Numbered from the stretch's first letter, positions 25,722-35,455 are shown. The stretch is 64,000 nucleotides of DNA from Bacteroidales bacterium (GCA_040772125.1 JAXGYS010000004.1:184021-248020), one strand, 5' to 3'. Made by a program: numbers and translations. Notes: generated by a model not told the origin, from the letters alone.

Positions 25722-26345
25722 TCAGCAACCCCCTGAAGGTTTCTTTTTTGCTTTGGCGGTAACCGGCGGTTTAACAGCCTTCACTGCTGGAGCTGCCTGG
25801 TCGGTAGTTACAACACCTCCTCCACCGAGAGCTGCAGCTGCGCTTTTCCTGAAGTCGTATTTCGCAAATTCCTCGTTTGGACTTGTCTCCGAAGGGGCTT
25901 CCGGGGACAATATGTTACCGAACCAGTAATTCAATCCTCCCTCAAGGACAAAGTTATTATCATATCCCAGCTGCCTGGTAATCATCCATGCCTGGTTCGC
26001 ATAAACCGATCCGTTTGAATAAAAGACATTGACATAGGCATCCTGGTTCAGGATATCGGTGTATTCATCAGCCAGAAGGTTGCTGAGCGGTATGTTCAGG
26101 GCTCCGGGAAGGCTGAAGGCATCAAATTCCTCAGGTGTTCTGACGTCGATCAGACGGAGTGACGGATTCTTCTGAACGAGAAGATCGGCAACTGCATCCG
26201 GAGCGATGAACTGCATCCCGGCTCCGGCTTCCTGCAGAAGTTCATGAGGAGTAAGGCGCGACTGGCTGACCCTGTCGGCCGGGACTGCTGCAATAATTAT
26301 CCCGAGGGGAATAACTATGAGTGCGAGTAATTTTAGTTGTTTCAT
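25722..26345 (-). CDS. Exported or anchored rhodanese-like domain protein lacking the active-site Cys, with an Ala/Pro/Lys-rich tail ending in GGC
   Basis: Rhodanese fold signatures LRLIDVRTPEEFDAFSLPGALNIPL and LEGGLNYW. The active-site loop reads VFYSNGSVYANQA and has no Cys. The only Cys in 207 aa is the final residue (codon 25725-25727). Confidence 0.85.
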   Translation of the reverse strand: MKQLKLLALIVIPLGIIIAAVPADRVSQSRLTPHELLQEAGAGMQFIAPDAVADLLVQKNPSLRLIDVRTPEEFDAFSLPGALNIPLSNLLADEYTDILNQDAYVNVFYSNGSVYANQAWMITRQLGYDNNFVLEGGLNYWFGNILSPEAPSETSPNEEFAKYDFRKSAAAALGGGGVVTTDQAAPAVKAVKPPVTAKAKKKPSGGC

Positions 26346-26368
26346 AACTGTATATTATTTGTTTTAAT

Positions 26369-26959
26369 TTAATATTCTTCTCTTGCGAACTTCTTCTCAG
26401 CCCATTCTGCAACAATAAACATGCCGATTGCAGCCATTATAAGAAGCAGGCCGAAGAGACCGTCCGACATACCCAGTTTCTCACTTACCTTAGGCTCACC
26501 GAGGTACTTCGCAAGATACAGTTTCTCCCACCATCCGTAGGTAAAGGCAAAGCCGTATACTCCTATGAAAAGACCGGCGATGAAGACCATGGCATCTATC
26601 TTTCCTATTGCAGCTCCGCAGAAGCTTGTCCCGGGGCAGAAGCCTCCCATTATGAATCCTGCTCCCATAACAACTCCTCCGACGATGGCTGATGAAAGAA
26701 ATGTCGGGTTCACGTAAACAAGATCGAGGTCGATCCACCCGAAGAGGCTCATGAAAAGCAATCCGAGCATTGCTGTTATTGCAGCGGTAAAAAACACTTT
26801 CAGCACTACGGTATCATATCCATAGAATATTCCTGCCAGTTTCCGGCTTGACGAAAAACCCGAGCTCTCAAGAACCCATCCGAAGCCTATGCCTATAAAA
26901 AAGGCGATCAGAAAATTGGTGTTTTCCGATATTATTTCATTTGGTGCAAGTGGTCCCAT
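26369..26959 (-). CDS. YeeE/YedE family sulfur-compound transporter half-protein
   Basis: Polytopic protein with the conserved GGFCPGT motif. Confidence 0.85.
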   Translation of the reverse strand: MGPLAPNEIISENTNFLIAFFIGIGFGWVLESSGFSSSRKLAGIFYGYDTVVLKVFFTAAITAMLGLLFMSLFGWIDLDLVYVNPTFLSSAIVGGVVMGAGFIMGGFCPGTSFCGAAIGKIDAMVFIAGLFIGVYGFAFTYGWWEKLYLAKYLGEPKVSEKLGMSDGLFGLLLIMAAIGMFIVAEWAEKKFAREEY

Positions 26960-26971
26960 TTTTCCTCCTTT

Positions 26972-27508
26972 TTATATCCAGTTTCTCCTGAAGAAATAAG
27001 CAAGTGCGAAGGCTGTGCCGAAGATAGCCATCATGGTAATGAATCCTCCGAGCGAGAGAACTGCCATACCGCTGAGTGCCGAACCGCTTGTACAGCCTCT
27101 TCCCAGCTGGGAACCGAAGCCGAACAGAACTCCTCCTGCCAGAGCGAAGATCAGTCGTCTTCGTGAGGTTATTTTAGGGGAATGCTCAACCTTGAGCTTA
27201 AGGCGTCCGGCAAAGGCCCCGGAAAGAAAACCTCCCACTATCACTCCAAGCATCTGAAAAACAAGCCACGATTTCATTGGACTTCCGCTGTGCGATTCGG
27301 CATATTCTGCCATAAACGGCATTGTGCTGAAAGAATCCTTGTCGACCGTCTCAATAGTAGTGGCAACGACACTTTTTATTGCACCGCTTGCCCCCAGGCC
27401 TCTTCCGGAGACATAATTGGCAGCAAGCAGCACGAGTCCCAGAAGAACCCCTCCGAGATAGGGATTCAGGTATTTCCTGCTTCTGCCTGTAGTTGAATTA
27501 CTGTTCAT
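26972..27508 (-). CDS. YeeE/YedE family sulfur-compound transporter half-protein
   Basis: Polytopic protein with the conserved GRGCTSG motif. It pairs with the adjacent half. Confidence 0.85.
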   Translation of the reverse strand: MNSNSTTGRSRKYLNPYLGGVLLGLVLLAANYVSGRGLGASGAIKSVVATTIETVDKDSFSTMPFMAEYAESHSGSPMKSWLVFQMLGVIVGGFLSGAFAGRLKLKVEHSPKITSRRRLIFALAGGVLFGFGSQLGRGCTSGSALSGMAVLSLGGFITMMAIFGTAFALAYFFRRNWI

Positions 27509-27530
27509 ATAGATGTTTTTATTGTTGTTT

Positions 27531-28472
27531 TCAATATAACCACCGGCTTACCTGGCCGGCAAAAACAAAAACAAAGCGGAAGACAAGGCTTCCCATTATT
27601 ACAAGCAGTCCAGGTATAACTGCCGGAATATGGTAACCCTTCAGTTCCATTAGGTCGAGAATGGCGGGAATAATAATCCCCAGCATAACGACAAAAATCC
27701 AGAAGACCATCGTATAGGGTCCTCCGAGAAACAGTCCTGCAGCTTCTATCTGTACCTGCGTGCTTGCGAGAAATCCCATGAACATATGCACAATCAGGAA
27801 AAGTTCTGTTCCGAGGATGATAAGATCTATCTTTGTGAATAGAAGCCTTTCGTGTTTGTTTTTTGATGCGAGTACAACCGATGCGGCTCCTGCCGAAAGG
27901 CCAGAGGCAAGAAAGAGGGGACCCAGCACTGAAGTGTTCCAGAGCGGCCTGGCGTTGAATGCCGAAAGAAGAATTCCGGTATACACCCCTGTTATTATCG
28001 CAAAAACCAGCATTACCCATGCCAGCGGCCTCTTGTATCTGTTGAAGAAACTCTCAAGTTCTTTAAGCCAGTTGTACCTCCAGTCCCATTTCGGGAAAAA
28101 CTCCCTGATATGAAGCGCGCACCAGATAAAGGAAACTGTTGTTATTACAAGCAGTGTCCAGGCTCCCCACGACATGGGCGATTCGAGCCTTATCGTAGTA
28201 TAAAGCTGCCAGAAGTAGGCCTTATGCCGGAGGTCGATGAAAAGTGCAGCCAGGCCTATTACAAGGGCTGCCGGTGCCAGGAAGGGCACGCGGCGCACTG
28301 CTGTACGGAAATTTTCTTCTTTCCCGAGAAGATAGTAAAGGGCGGCAAAGAAGAGCACTCCTGCCGCAAGTCCTCCAAGAAAAAGGTAGAGTGGTATGGG
28401 CCAGTGCCATATATGAAGCTGCGGATCAACCATCAGGTTCTCTCTTCCGCTTATGATTAGCTCTTCGTTCAT
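27531..28472 (-). CDS. NrfD/PsrC-type polysulfide-reductase-like membrane anchor
   Basis: 313 aa, about 8 TM segments. N-terminal HIWHWPIPLYLFLGGLAAG is typical of the NrfD family. It lies downstream of the Fe-S subunit. Confidence 0.85.
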   Translation of the reverse strand: MNEELIISGRENLMVDPQLHIWHWPIPLYLFLGGLAAGVLFFAALYYLLGKEENFRTAVRRVPFLAPAALVIGLAALFIDLRHKAYFWQLYTTIRLESPMSWGAWTLLVITTVSFIWCALHIREFFPKWDWRYNWLKELESFFNRYKRPLAWVMLVFAIITGVYTGILLSAFNARPLWNTSVLGPLFLASGLSAGAASVVLASKNKHERLLFTKIDLIILGTELFLIVHMFMGFLASTQVQIEAAGLFLGGPYTMVFWIFVVMLGIIIPAILDLMELKGYHIPAVIPGLLVIMGSLVFRFVFVFAGQVSRWLY

Positions 28473-28479
28473 TTCATTT

Positions 28480-29013
28480 TCAGATAAGGAAATATAAATG
28501 AGGTTTGGTCCCTGCCTCGGGAATAAGGGTCTTGAATTTTCTTTTCTTAAGCACCCTGCTTACATCACTGTTCGGATCGTCAAGATCGCCGAAGTACATG
28601 CACTTGGTCGGGCATACTGCTACACAGGCAGGCTGCATTCCCAGTCTTACCCTGTGTATGCAAAAGGTGCATTTGTCGACATAGCCTTTAGGATGAGGAT
28701 AACGTGCATCGTAGGGGCATGAGGCAATGCAGGCTCCGCAGCCAATGCATTTATTGGGTTTAACAAGAACCACCCCTCCTTCAACGACATGGCTTGCTCC
28801 GGTGGGGCAGCATCTTACGCAGGGAGGATTCTCGCACTGATTGCATCTCTCCGACCTGATCTCGACCTCAAGCTGAGGATAGGTGCCGTCAATAACCTCA
28901 ACAACCCAGTCGCGGCAGAAGCCAATGGGAACATCGTTTTCAGTCTGGCAGGCAACAACGCAGTCGCTGCATCCGACGCATTTCTTTGTATCAACAGCCA
29001 TTGCATATCTCAT
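28480..29013 (-). CDS. 4Fe-4S ferredoxin-type electron-transfer subunit (PsrB/PhsB-like)
   Basis: Four Cys clusters: CVGCSDCVVAC, CNQCENPPCVRCCP, CIGCGACIASCP, CTFC...CVAVCP. Its ATGA start overlaps the stop of the upstream gene. Confidence 0.9.
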   Translation of the reverse strand: MRYAMAVDTKKCVGCSDCVVACQTENDVPIGFCRDWVVEVIDGTYPQLEVEIRSERCNQCENPPCVRCCPTGASHVVEGGVVLVKPNKCIGCGACIASCPYDARYPHPKGYVDKCTFCIHRVRLGMQPACVAVCPTKCMYFGDLDDPNSDVSRVLKKRKFKTLIPEAGTKPHLYFLI

Positions 29014-31247
29014 GATGCCACCTCCTTTCCGCTGAGATCAGTGATAAAGGTCACGAAGTTGCCTCTCATTCCCGTACCTCCCATAAGGGGATCGACAAGA
29101 ACTTTGGTTATCAGGTTTGTATCGCTGGCTCCCTTGCCGTAGCACCTCCTTAGCTTCTTCTGGTCGTGACCAAAGCCATGGACCATGTAAACGGAGTCCC
29201 ACCTGATACGTTCTGTCACTCTCACTTTAATGGGAAACTCCGATTTCTTTCCATCCTGGTTTACCAGATGAACATATTGCCCGGTCGACAGGCCCCACTC
29301 TTTTGCAACACGCGGATTAACCCACAGAGTATTTTCATCCATCAGATCAGTGAGGTTGGGATTGTTGGATGTACGGCTGAAGGTATGCATCGGAGCCCTT
29401 CCGTAGTTAAGTCTGTAAAATCCCGGAGGGGGTTCCTCGTGATGAGTGTACTTTGGAAGGGGATCAAATCCGGCTTCCTCGAATGTGGTTGAATAGAGCT
29501 CAATTTTTCCTGTCGGGGTGTAAAACTCCACATCCTCTCCGGGTGCAAAATAAAGATCCTCATATTGTCTGTCAAAGGTCTTTACCCCGAGTTTCATCAT
29601 CTCATCGAGGCTGCTTCCTGCCTGTTTCAGCTGCCAGTCGAGCTGGTCCTCGATCCTTTCAAATGGGAAGTAATCTATAACTCCCAATCTTTTTGCCAGT
29701 TCCCTGGCCATCCAGAACGATGGCTTTGTGTTGTACATCGGTTCTGCAGCAGGTGCCCTGAGTGCTATCTGGGGCTTGCGGTGCGGCCCGGTCCTTATAT
29801 CATCAAAGCGCTCAAGATAGGTGCATTCCGGAAGGACCACATCTGCCCAGCCTGTTATCTCCATTGGCATTGTGTCTATTACAACAAGAAGCTGAAGGGC
29901 CTGTATGGCCTTGAGGGTATTTTCCTGGTTGGGCAGGGTCTCAATAAGATTTGTTCCGTTAACTATCCATCCCTGAAACTGGCAGTGCCGGCTGGGGTCA
30001 GGAACAGTGGCATCGCAGAGTCCGTTAGCCAGTACCGAATCGGCAAGCTTGTACAGGTCGGGAAACTCTGTTCTCCATGATCTCTTTGGCTCCGGAAACG
30101 GAGGATGCGGAGGTTCGGGCAACTCAAAAATCTCGGGTCGGTAGAACCCACCTCTTCTTCCCCATGAGCCCAGTAGAGCGTTGAGGATTGCCACAGCCCT
30201 CAGCCTCTGGGTATCGTCGCCGTACCAGGTGACATGGCGTCCCGGGTGAATGATGACAGCGGGCGATGCATTGGCCATTTCGCGTGCCGTTTCACGGATA
30301 ACTGTGGGGTCAATGGTTGTTATCCCGTAAGCCCATTCAGGAGTCATGCTCCTTACATGTTCCCTTAAATAATCCAGTCCGAAGGTATATTTTTCGACAT
30401 AGGGTTTGTCGTACAGTTCTTCATTTATTATGACATTGATCCATGCCAGCAGGAGAGCCAGATCAGTTGCCGGCTTTATCGGAAGCCAGTATTTTGATTT
30501 TCCGGCAGCGGTTGAGTAACGCGGATCGACTGTTATAATGGTTGCCCCCTTGTCGATGGCGTCAGACATTTCCTGGACCTGGCCGTTGTGCATGTTCTCT
30601 CCGATATGGCTTCCTATCAGAACAAGGCATTTTGTATCACGGATATCCGTCCTTTCAGGACTCTCTATTGTCTCGCCGAAAGTACCCTGGAACGCAACTT
30701 CGCGCGGACCGCGGCATTGTGCATACGAAGGGGCGGCAACGTGAGGTGAGCCAAGGGCACGGAGAAGGGTAGAGAAATATTTTCCGCCCGAACCGTGGGT
30801 GAAAAGGGCCAGGCACTCGGGGCCATGTTCTGCAGAGATCTTCTTTATCTTTTCGGCAATGTAGTCGAAGGCTTCCTCCCATGTTGCCTCCCTGAAACTC
30901 TGCTGCCCGCGCTCCTCGGTACGGATGAGAGGAGTCCGCAAACGGTCGTCGTCATAGTACATTCCTATTCCTCCTGTCCCGCGCGGACAGAAGCGACCGT
31001 TGCAGTTAAGGTCCTCATTGTTGCCAACTATCTTCTTGATTGCTCCTTTGTCGTCTCTGTAAACCCATCCCGCGCACTTCCAGAAACACACCTCACAATA
31101 AGTGGGAATTCGTCGAAGCATCTCACCTGCAGATCCGGAAAGGGCCTTACCCGGTTCGGGTGCCATAAGCCTGAAACCAGCTGCGCCGGCTAAAACGGCT
31201 CCAGCTCCAACAGCTGAAATTCTTATAAATTGCCTTCGTGTTGCCAT
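29010..31247 (-). CDS. Tat-exported molybdopterin oxidoreductase catalytic subunit (PsrA/PhsA-like; substrate not assignable by eye)
   Basis: Twin-arginine leader MATRRQFIRISAVGAGAVLAGAAG. N-terminal Fe-S motif CEVCFWKCAGW...CPRG. 745 aa with molybdopterin-family architecture. Confidence 0.9.
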   Translation of the reverse strand: MATRRQFIRISAVGAGAVLAGAAGFRLMAPEPGKALSGSAGEMLRRIPTYCEVCFWKCAGWVYRDDKGAIKKIVGNNEDLNCNGRFCPRGTGGIGMYYDDDRLRTPLIRTEERGQQSFREATWEEAFDYIAEKIKKISAEHGPECLALFTHGSGGKYFSTLLRALGSPHVAAPSYAQCRGPREVAFQGTFGETIESPERTDIRDTKCLVLIGSHIGENMHNGQVQEMSDAIDKGATIITVDPRYSTAAGKSKYWLPIKPATDLALLLAWINVIINEELYDKPYVEKYTFGLDYLREHVRSMTPEWAYGITTIDPTVIRETAREMANASPAVIIHPGRHVTWYGDDTQRLRAVAILNALLGSWGRRGGFYRPEIFELPEPPHPPFPEPKRSWRTEFPDLYKLADSVLANGLCDATVPDPSRHCQFQGWIVNGTNLIETLPNQENTLKAIQALQLLVVIDTMPMEITGWADVVLPECTYLERFDDIRTGPHRKPQIALRAPAAEPMYNTKPSFWMARELAKRLGVIDYFPFERIEDQLDWQLKQAGSSLDEMMKLGVKTFDRQYEDLYFAPGEDVEFYTPTGKIELYSTTFEEAGFDPLPKYTHHEEPPPGFYRLNYGRAPMHTFSRTSNNPNLTDLMDENTLWVNPRVAKEWGLSTGQYVHLVNQDGKKSEFPIKVRVTERIRWDSVYMVHGFGHDQKKLRRCYGKGASDTNLITKVLVDPLMGGTGMRGNFVTFITDLSGKEVAS

Positions 31248-31476
31248 TAATAAAGAGGAATATCTGAATGTATAAATATATGGAGAAATCTTTTTATTTC
31301 AGGGTGAAGCAAATAGAAAGATTTTTTTGTTTCGGGGAAGGAAATAATGATTTATACGATATTTCCGAATCTCAGAATCATGTGTCAGAAACCATTTAAG
31401 GCCGGAATGCCTGCCATAGGCAGCGACAGGCATTTACCGGCACATTAGTGTCTTAAGAATAAATTTCGTCTAATTA

Positions 31477-32961
31477 TCAGGCTGTTAATATCTCAGTTGC
31501 TGATCTCCGGCCAACTGTATCGACTGCTATTACCTTGAATTTTTCACCTGATACCACCTCGTACTTAAAAGGATCCTTTGTGATCTGGGGAAGATGCCTG
31601 ACTGTGCCTATTATCCTACCGTCGCTTTCGATCTCATAATGGGAAAGCGGTTCACTTCCGGCATAGCTGGTATCCCAGGTGAGCTGCATTTTTTCTGATT
31701 TTACTATCCTTGGATTTCGTGGAGGAGTCAGTCCGGAATCGGGAAGCTGGAAATAATTTGTTTCACCGTTGCGGGCTTTAGCTCCTATCTTTTCAATTTC
31801 ACGTCTCTGGTCTTCATTGAGGGCATCCGGAGCGATCTGTGAGGCATAGTAATTCTGAACCAGCTGACATTTAAGCGGATCGTCGTCTATGTGACCGGTT
31901 CCTATGATAAGGGTATGTATCCCCGGTGTGGTAAGGACATATTCTATCAGCGGCCGGCTCGGGACTGTTTCTGTTCCGACAACTGTGACCACATGTTCCG
32001 GTTTGCTCGACCAGCCGGGTTCCTTCGTATACATTGTTCCGTCGGAGAAGACCTTCATGGCAATAATCCCAATATTTTTTGCCTGTGCCACCGGGATAAC
32101 ATTGTACTGCATATTAAGGTAACGCCTGTCGTTGGCATTGATCGCAACAAGCATTCCATCGAACAGATCCCACTTATCCCTCTGTATCATGTCGATCATG
32201 ACCGGGGCGCTGTAATGCCCTGAAAAGCCGATATGCCTTATCAGCTTCTCATTTTTAGGATTCAGGCCGGTAATATTGGTGCCGTCCCTGTAGTCACGGA
32301 GCGCAATAAGGGCTCCGAAATTATCATTAAGGTCGGGAGGTGTTTCAAGCCCCTTAAACACTACATCAACTTCTTCGGGGTTTGTTATATTATGGATGAG
32401 CATCATGTTCACATAGGCTCCTTCAGGATAGGTTCCGTCGTCGTTTCCAAACATTATTGAAAGGGAGCGCTTGAGATCTTCCACAGCCCCTCCTCCGTGA
32501 TCACCGTCAGTGCTGTTGCGCACATTATCAAGTTTGGGATAGCCTCCCTTTGCCCAGCGGATCATGGTCTTGGAGGTAAGGAAGATTGATTCCCTGAGTA
32601 ACTGATTATAACCTGGCTTACCGGGTATCAGATCAAGTTCCCTGAATGCCCTCCCATAATTCATCTGACTTGGACCGTATACGTTTGATGTGTCGAAGTA
32701 ATTTATTCCGAGCTCAAAGGCTTTTTTAATTATTTCAACGGGTTCAACACCCTCCGGAGTCCATTGAAGGGAAGACTGGCCGCCGAGACCCAGCGTGGTG
32801 ACATCAAAATTGATACGGCCGAAACGGCGTTTCATGGGGGAAGGGATAACGGCAGAGGAACAGGAAAACTGTGGAAGTAGCGTCACGCCTGCTGCTGCAG
32901 CGGCGGATAAACGCATAAATTCACGGCGCGAAAGCATGGTTTTTCTTTTGGGAGATGTCAT
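31477..32961 (-). CDS. Tat-signal aldo/keto reductase with a C-terminal extra domain
   Basis: LSRREFMRLSAAAAAGVTLL leader. AKR motifs GINYFDTSNVYG and IRHIGFSGH. The C-terminal extension is about 90 aa. The start may instead be at M9. Confidence 0.85.
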   Translation of the reverse strand: MTSPKRKTMLSRREFMRLSAAAAAGVTLLPQFSCSSAVIPSPMKRRFGRINFDVTTLGLGGQSSLQWTPEGVEPVEIIKKAFELGINYFDTSNVYGPSQMNYGRAFRELDLIPGKPGYNQLLRESIFLTSKTMIRWAKGGYPKLDNVRNSTDGDHGGGAVEDLKRSLSIMFGNDDGTYPEGAYVNMMLIHNITNPEEVDVVFKGLETPPDLNDNFGALIALRDYRDGTNITGLNPKNEKLIRHIGFSGHYSAPVMIDMIQRDKWDLFDGMLVAINANDRRYLNMQYNVIPVAQAKNIGIIAMKVFSDGTMYTKEPGWSSKPEHVVTVVGTETVPSRPLIEYVLTTPGIHTLIIGTGHIDDDPLKCQLVQNYYASQIAPDALNEDQRREIEKIGAKARNGETNYFQLPDSGLTPPRNPRIVKSEKMQLTWDTSYAGSEPLSHYEIESDGRIIGTVRHLPQITKDPFKYEVVSGEKFKVIAVDTVGRRSATEILTA

Positions 32962-32969
32962 GACAGATA

Positions 32970-32993
32970 GGTTTGAAGGTTTGAAGGTTTGAA
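32970..32993. repeat. Three exact tandem copies of the octamer GGTTTGAA
   Basis: Read directly. On the coding strand of the AKR gene this is TTCAAACC x3 followed by TATCTGTC and the ATG. Confidence 0.95.
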
Positions 32994-33139
32994 GCTAAAT
33001 ACAAATCTAAGAAAATCACTAAAATCCAGTACGAGTACTGCCAATTATCACTTTAATCTTTGATGGCCCATACCCCGCGAGAGAAAATTCGCCTCTTGAA
33101 TTAGCAAATCTGAGCTATCTTTAATAAAAATATTTCTAC

Positions 33140-34510
33140 ATGAAACGAGCGTTTTTTCTCCTTGCCATTTGCCTGATCATGTCGCAGACAGCATGCAGGA
33201 AAGGCACCACCGCAAAAGTTGATAACAAACAGGAAAATTCCGTTGCCCTTGTCAAAACCGACATCTTTCCTCTTCAGGAACAGCACTGTCATGGTTCAAC
33301 GGTTGTTGAGCTTCCGAATGGTGATCTCCTTGCTGCCTGGTTTCAGGGAAGCGGGGAGCGAAAATCAGATGATGTGATAATCCTGGGATCGCGGTTCGAC
33401 AAAAAAACGGGTATCTGGTGCGAACCCTTCCTGATGGCCGATACCCCGGACTTTCCTGATATCAACCCTGTCCTCTTCATCGATCCGCAAAACCGTCTCT
33501 GGCTTGTCTGGTACACGGTACTGGCATACCAGTGGGAATCTTCAATACTGAAATACCGGTTAAGCGATGATTACATGCAAAGTACCGGCGCTCCTGTCTG
33601 GAAGTGGCAGGACATGATCCATGTCAGGCCTGATCGCGCAGCTCCTGAAGGTATAGGGCGCAATGACGGATTTGTCAGTTTATTGAAAAAGAAGCTTGAG
33701 GATTACCATGTCAGTCTTGTCACAGACGGGTATATCAGGGAGGACGGCTCGGGAAGTGTCACGGAAGAGATGTGGAAAACTGCTGCCGGACATGTAATGG
33801 AAAGGGCAAAAGGGCTTAATCTCATACGAAGCGGAACTGACGTTAACGACAAGGGAGAAAGTGTGCCTGCCCAACTGGGTTATCCTCTTATGAGGAGGAT
33901 AGGATGGCAGACAAGGAACAAGCCGCTGATACTCGGCGACAGGATCCTGCTTCCCCTCTATTCCGACGGATTCGAATTCAGCCTGATTGCAATAACTGAC
34001 GATTGCGGCCTGACGTGGCATTTCAGTGAACCTCTGGTCGGGGCAGGATCCATCCAGCCGGCACTTGCTATGAACAGCGACGGATCAATAACTGCCTACA
34101 TGCGTGATAATGGGCCGGCTCCGAAACGGCTTCTGAAAAGCGTCTCGACCGACAGGGGAGAGAGCTGGAGTACGGTTCACGACTCACAGATTCCCAACCC
34201 GGGATCGGCAGCTGACAACCTTGTGCTTAAAAGCGGAAGTCTTGTCACCGTTCACAATGATACTGAAGAAGGAAGACACCGTCTCTCCGTCTGGCTCTCG
34301 AAAGACGAAGGAAAGACCTGGCCTTTCCGTAAAACACTTGTTGATGACGAACCGGGAGGCGAAACCAGGGCTCACTACCCTGCTATAATCCAGGGCAATG
34401 ACGGCCGTATTCATGTCACATTCACAAACCAGGTGCCCGGGCCGGAGGGACAGCCCCCGTTGAGGAATATTGTCCATGCAAGCTTCAGCGAATACTGGCT
34501 GACGGAATGA
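33140..34510 (+). CDS. BNR-repeat exo-alpha-sialidase-like lipoprotein
   Basis: Lipoprotein leader LAICLIMSQTAC. BNR/Asp-box motifs SVSTDRGESWS and LSKDEGKTW. Confidence 0.75.
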   Translation: MKRAFFLLAICLIMSQTACRKGTTAKVDNKQENSVALVKTDIFPLQEQHCHGSTVVELPNGDLLAAWFQGSGERKSDDVIILGSRFDKKTGIWCEPFLMADTPDFPDINPVLFIDPQNRLWLVWYTVLAYQWESSILKYRLSDDYMQSTGAPVWKWQDMIHVRPDRAAPEGIGRNDGFVSLLKKKLEDYHVSLVTDGYIREDGSGSVTEEMWKTAAGHVMERAKGLNLIRSGTDVNDKGESVPAQLGYPLMRRIGWQTRNKPLILGDRILLPLYSDGFEFSLIAITDDCGLTWHFSEPLVGAGSIQPALAMNSDGSITAYMRDNGPAPKRLLKSVSTDRGESWSTVHDSQIPNPGSAADNLVLKSGSLVTVHNDTEEGRHRLSVWLSKDEGKTWPFRKTLVDDEPGGETRAHYPAIIQGNDGRIHVTFTNQVPGPEGQPPLRNIVHASFSEYWLTE

Positions 34511-34681
34511 TGTACTGCCTGGCTTTCTGCAGCAATTATATTCTTTTGTTATACATATCTGTATTAATGACGGTTTAACCTGGCAATACTCCGAACAATA
34601 AACCAGAGATAAGCGTTTATCACAGGGCCATCTTTTTACAATAGCAGGAAACCGTGTTCCTGATATGAATAACAGTTATCA

Positions 34682-35455
34682 ATGGAAATATTAATTATTT
34701 CTCTTGCCGCTTTTGCAACAGCCCTGCTTACCTTCTTTTCAGGCTTTGGTCTCGGAACGATACTAATGCCAGTTTTTGCTCTTTTCTTTCCGGTCGAAGT
34801 TGCCATTGCCCTGACCGGAATAGTCCATTTTTCAAACAACCTCTTTAAAATTTCCCTTATCGGCGGAAAGGCCGACAGGGAGGTACTGATAAAATTCGGG
34901 ATACCAGCCGTGGCTGCTTCATTTGCAGGAGCCTGGTTGTTGCTGACAATTACTAAAATGCCTTCCATCCTTGAATATCAGATCGCCGGCAGGAACTTTG
35001 AGATTACTCCTGTAAAACTGACAATAGCCTTGCTTCTGATCATATTCTCACTGCTTGAAATAATGCCTTCTGTACAGAACATCCGGTTCAGCAGGAGCAA
35101 GCTCGCTTTGGGAGGAGTCCTCAGCGGCTTTTTTGGCGGTCTGACCGGGATCCAGGGAGCCATCCGAAGCGCTTTCCTTCTTAAGAGCGGTCTTGACAAG
35201 GAAGCCTTTATAGCAACGGGCGTAGTCATTGCCTGCCTTGTCGATTTCTCAAGGATATCGGTCTATGCATCCAGATTTAAGGAATCGAATCTGCAGGAAC
35301 ATCTGATCCTGGTGATTTCGGCAACACTTGCAGCAATTACCGGAGCTTTTCTTGGAAATAAAATGCTTAAGAAAGTAACGCTAAGGTCAATCCAGTTGCT
35401 CGTTGCCGTAATGCTTCTCCTGATCTCAATTGCCCTGGGAGCAGGATTTGTTTAA
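34682..35455 (+). CDS. TauE/SafE family sulfite/anion exporter
   Basis: 257 aa, about 8 TM segments. Motifs FFSGFGLGTILMPVFALFF and GFFGGLTGIQGAIRSAFLL are typical of TauE. Confidence 0.85.
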   Translation: MEILIISLAAFATALLTFFSGFGLGTILMPVFALFFPVEVAIALTGIVHFSNNLFKISLIGGKADREVLIKFGIPAVAASFAGAWLLLTITKMPSILEYQIAGRNFEITPVKLTIALLLIIFSLLEIMPSVQNIRFSRSKLALGGVLSGFFGGLTGIQGAIRSAFLLKSGLDKEAFIATGVVIACLVDFSRISVYASRFKESNLQEHLILVISATLAAITGAFLGNKMLKKVTLRSIQLLVAVMLLLISIALGAGFV

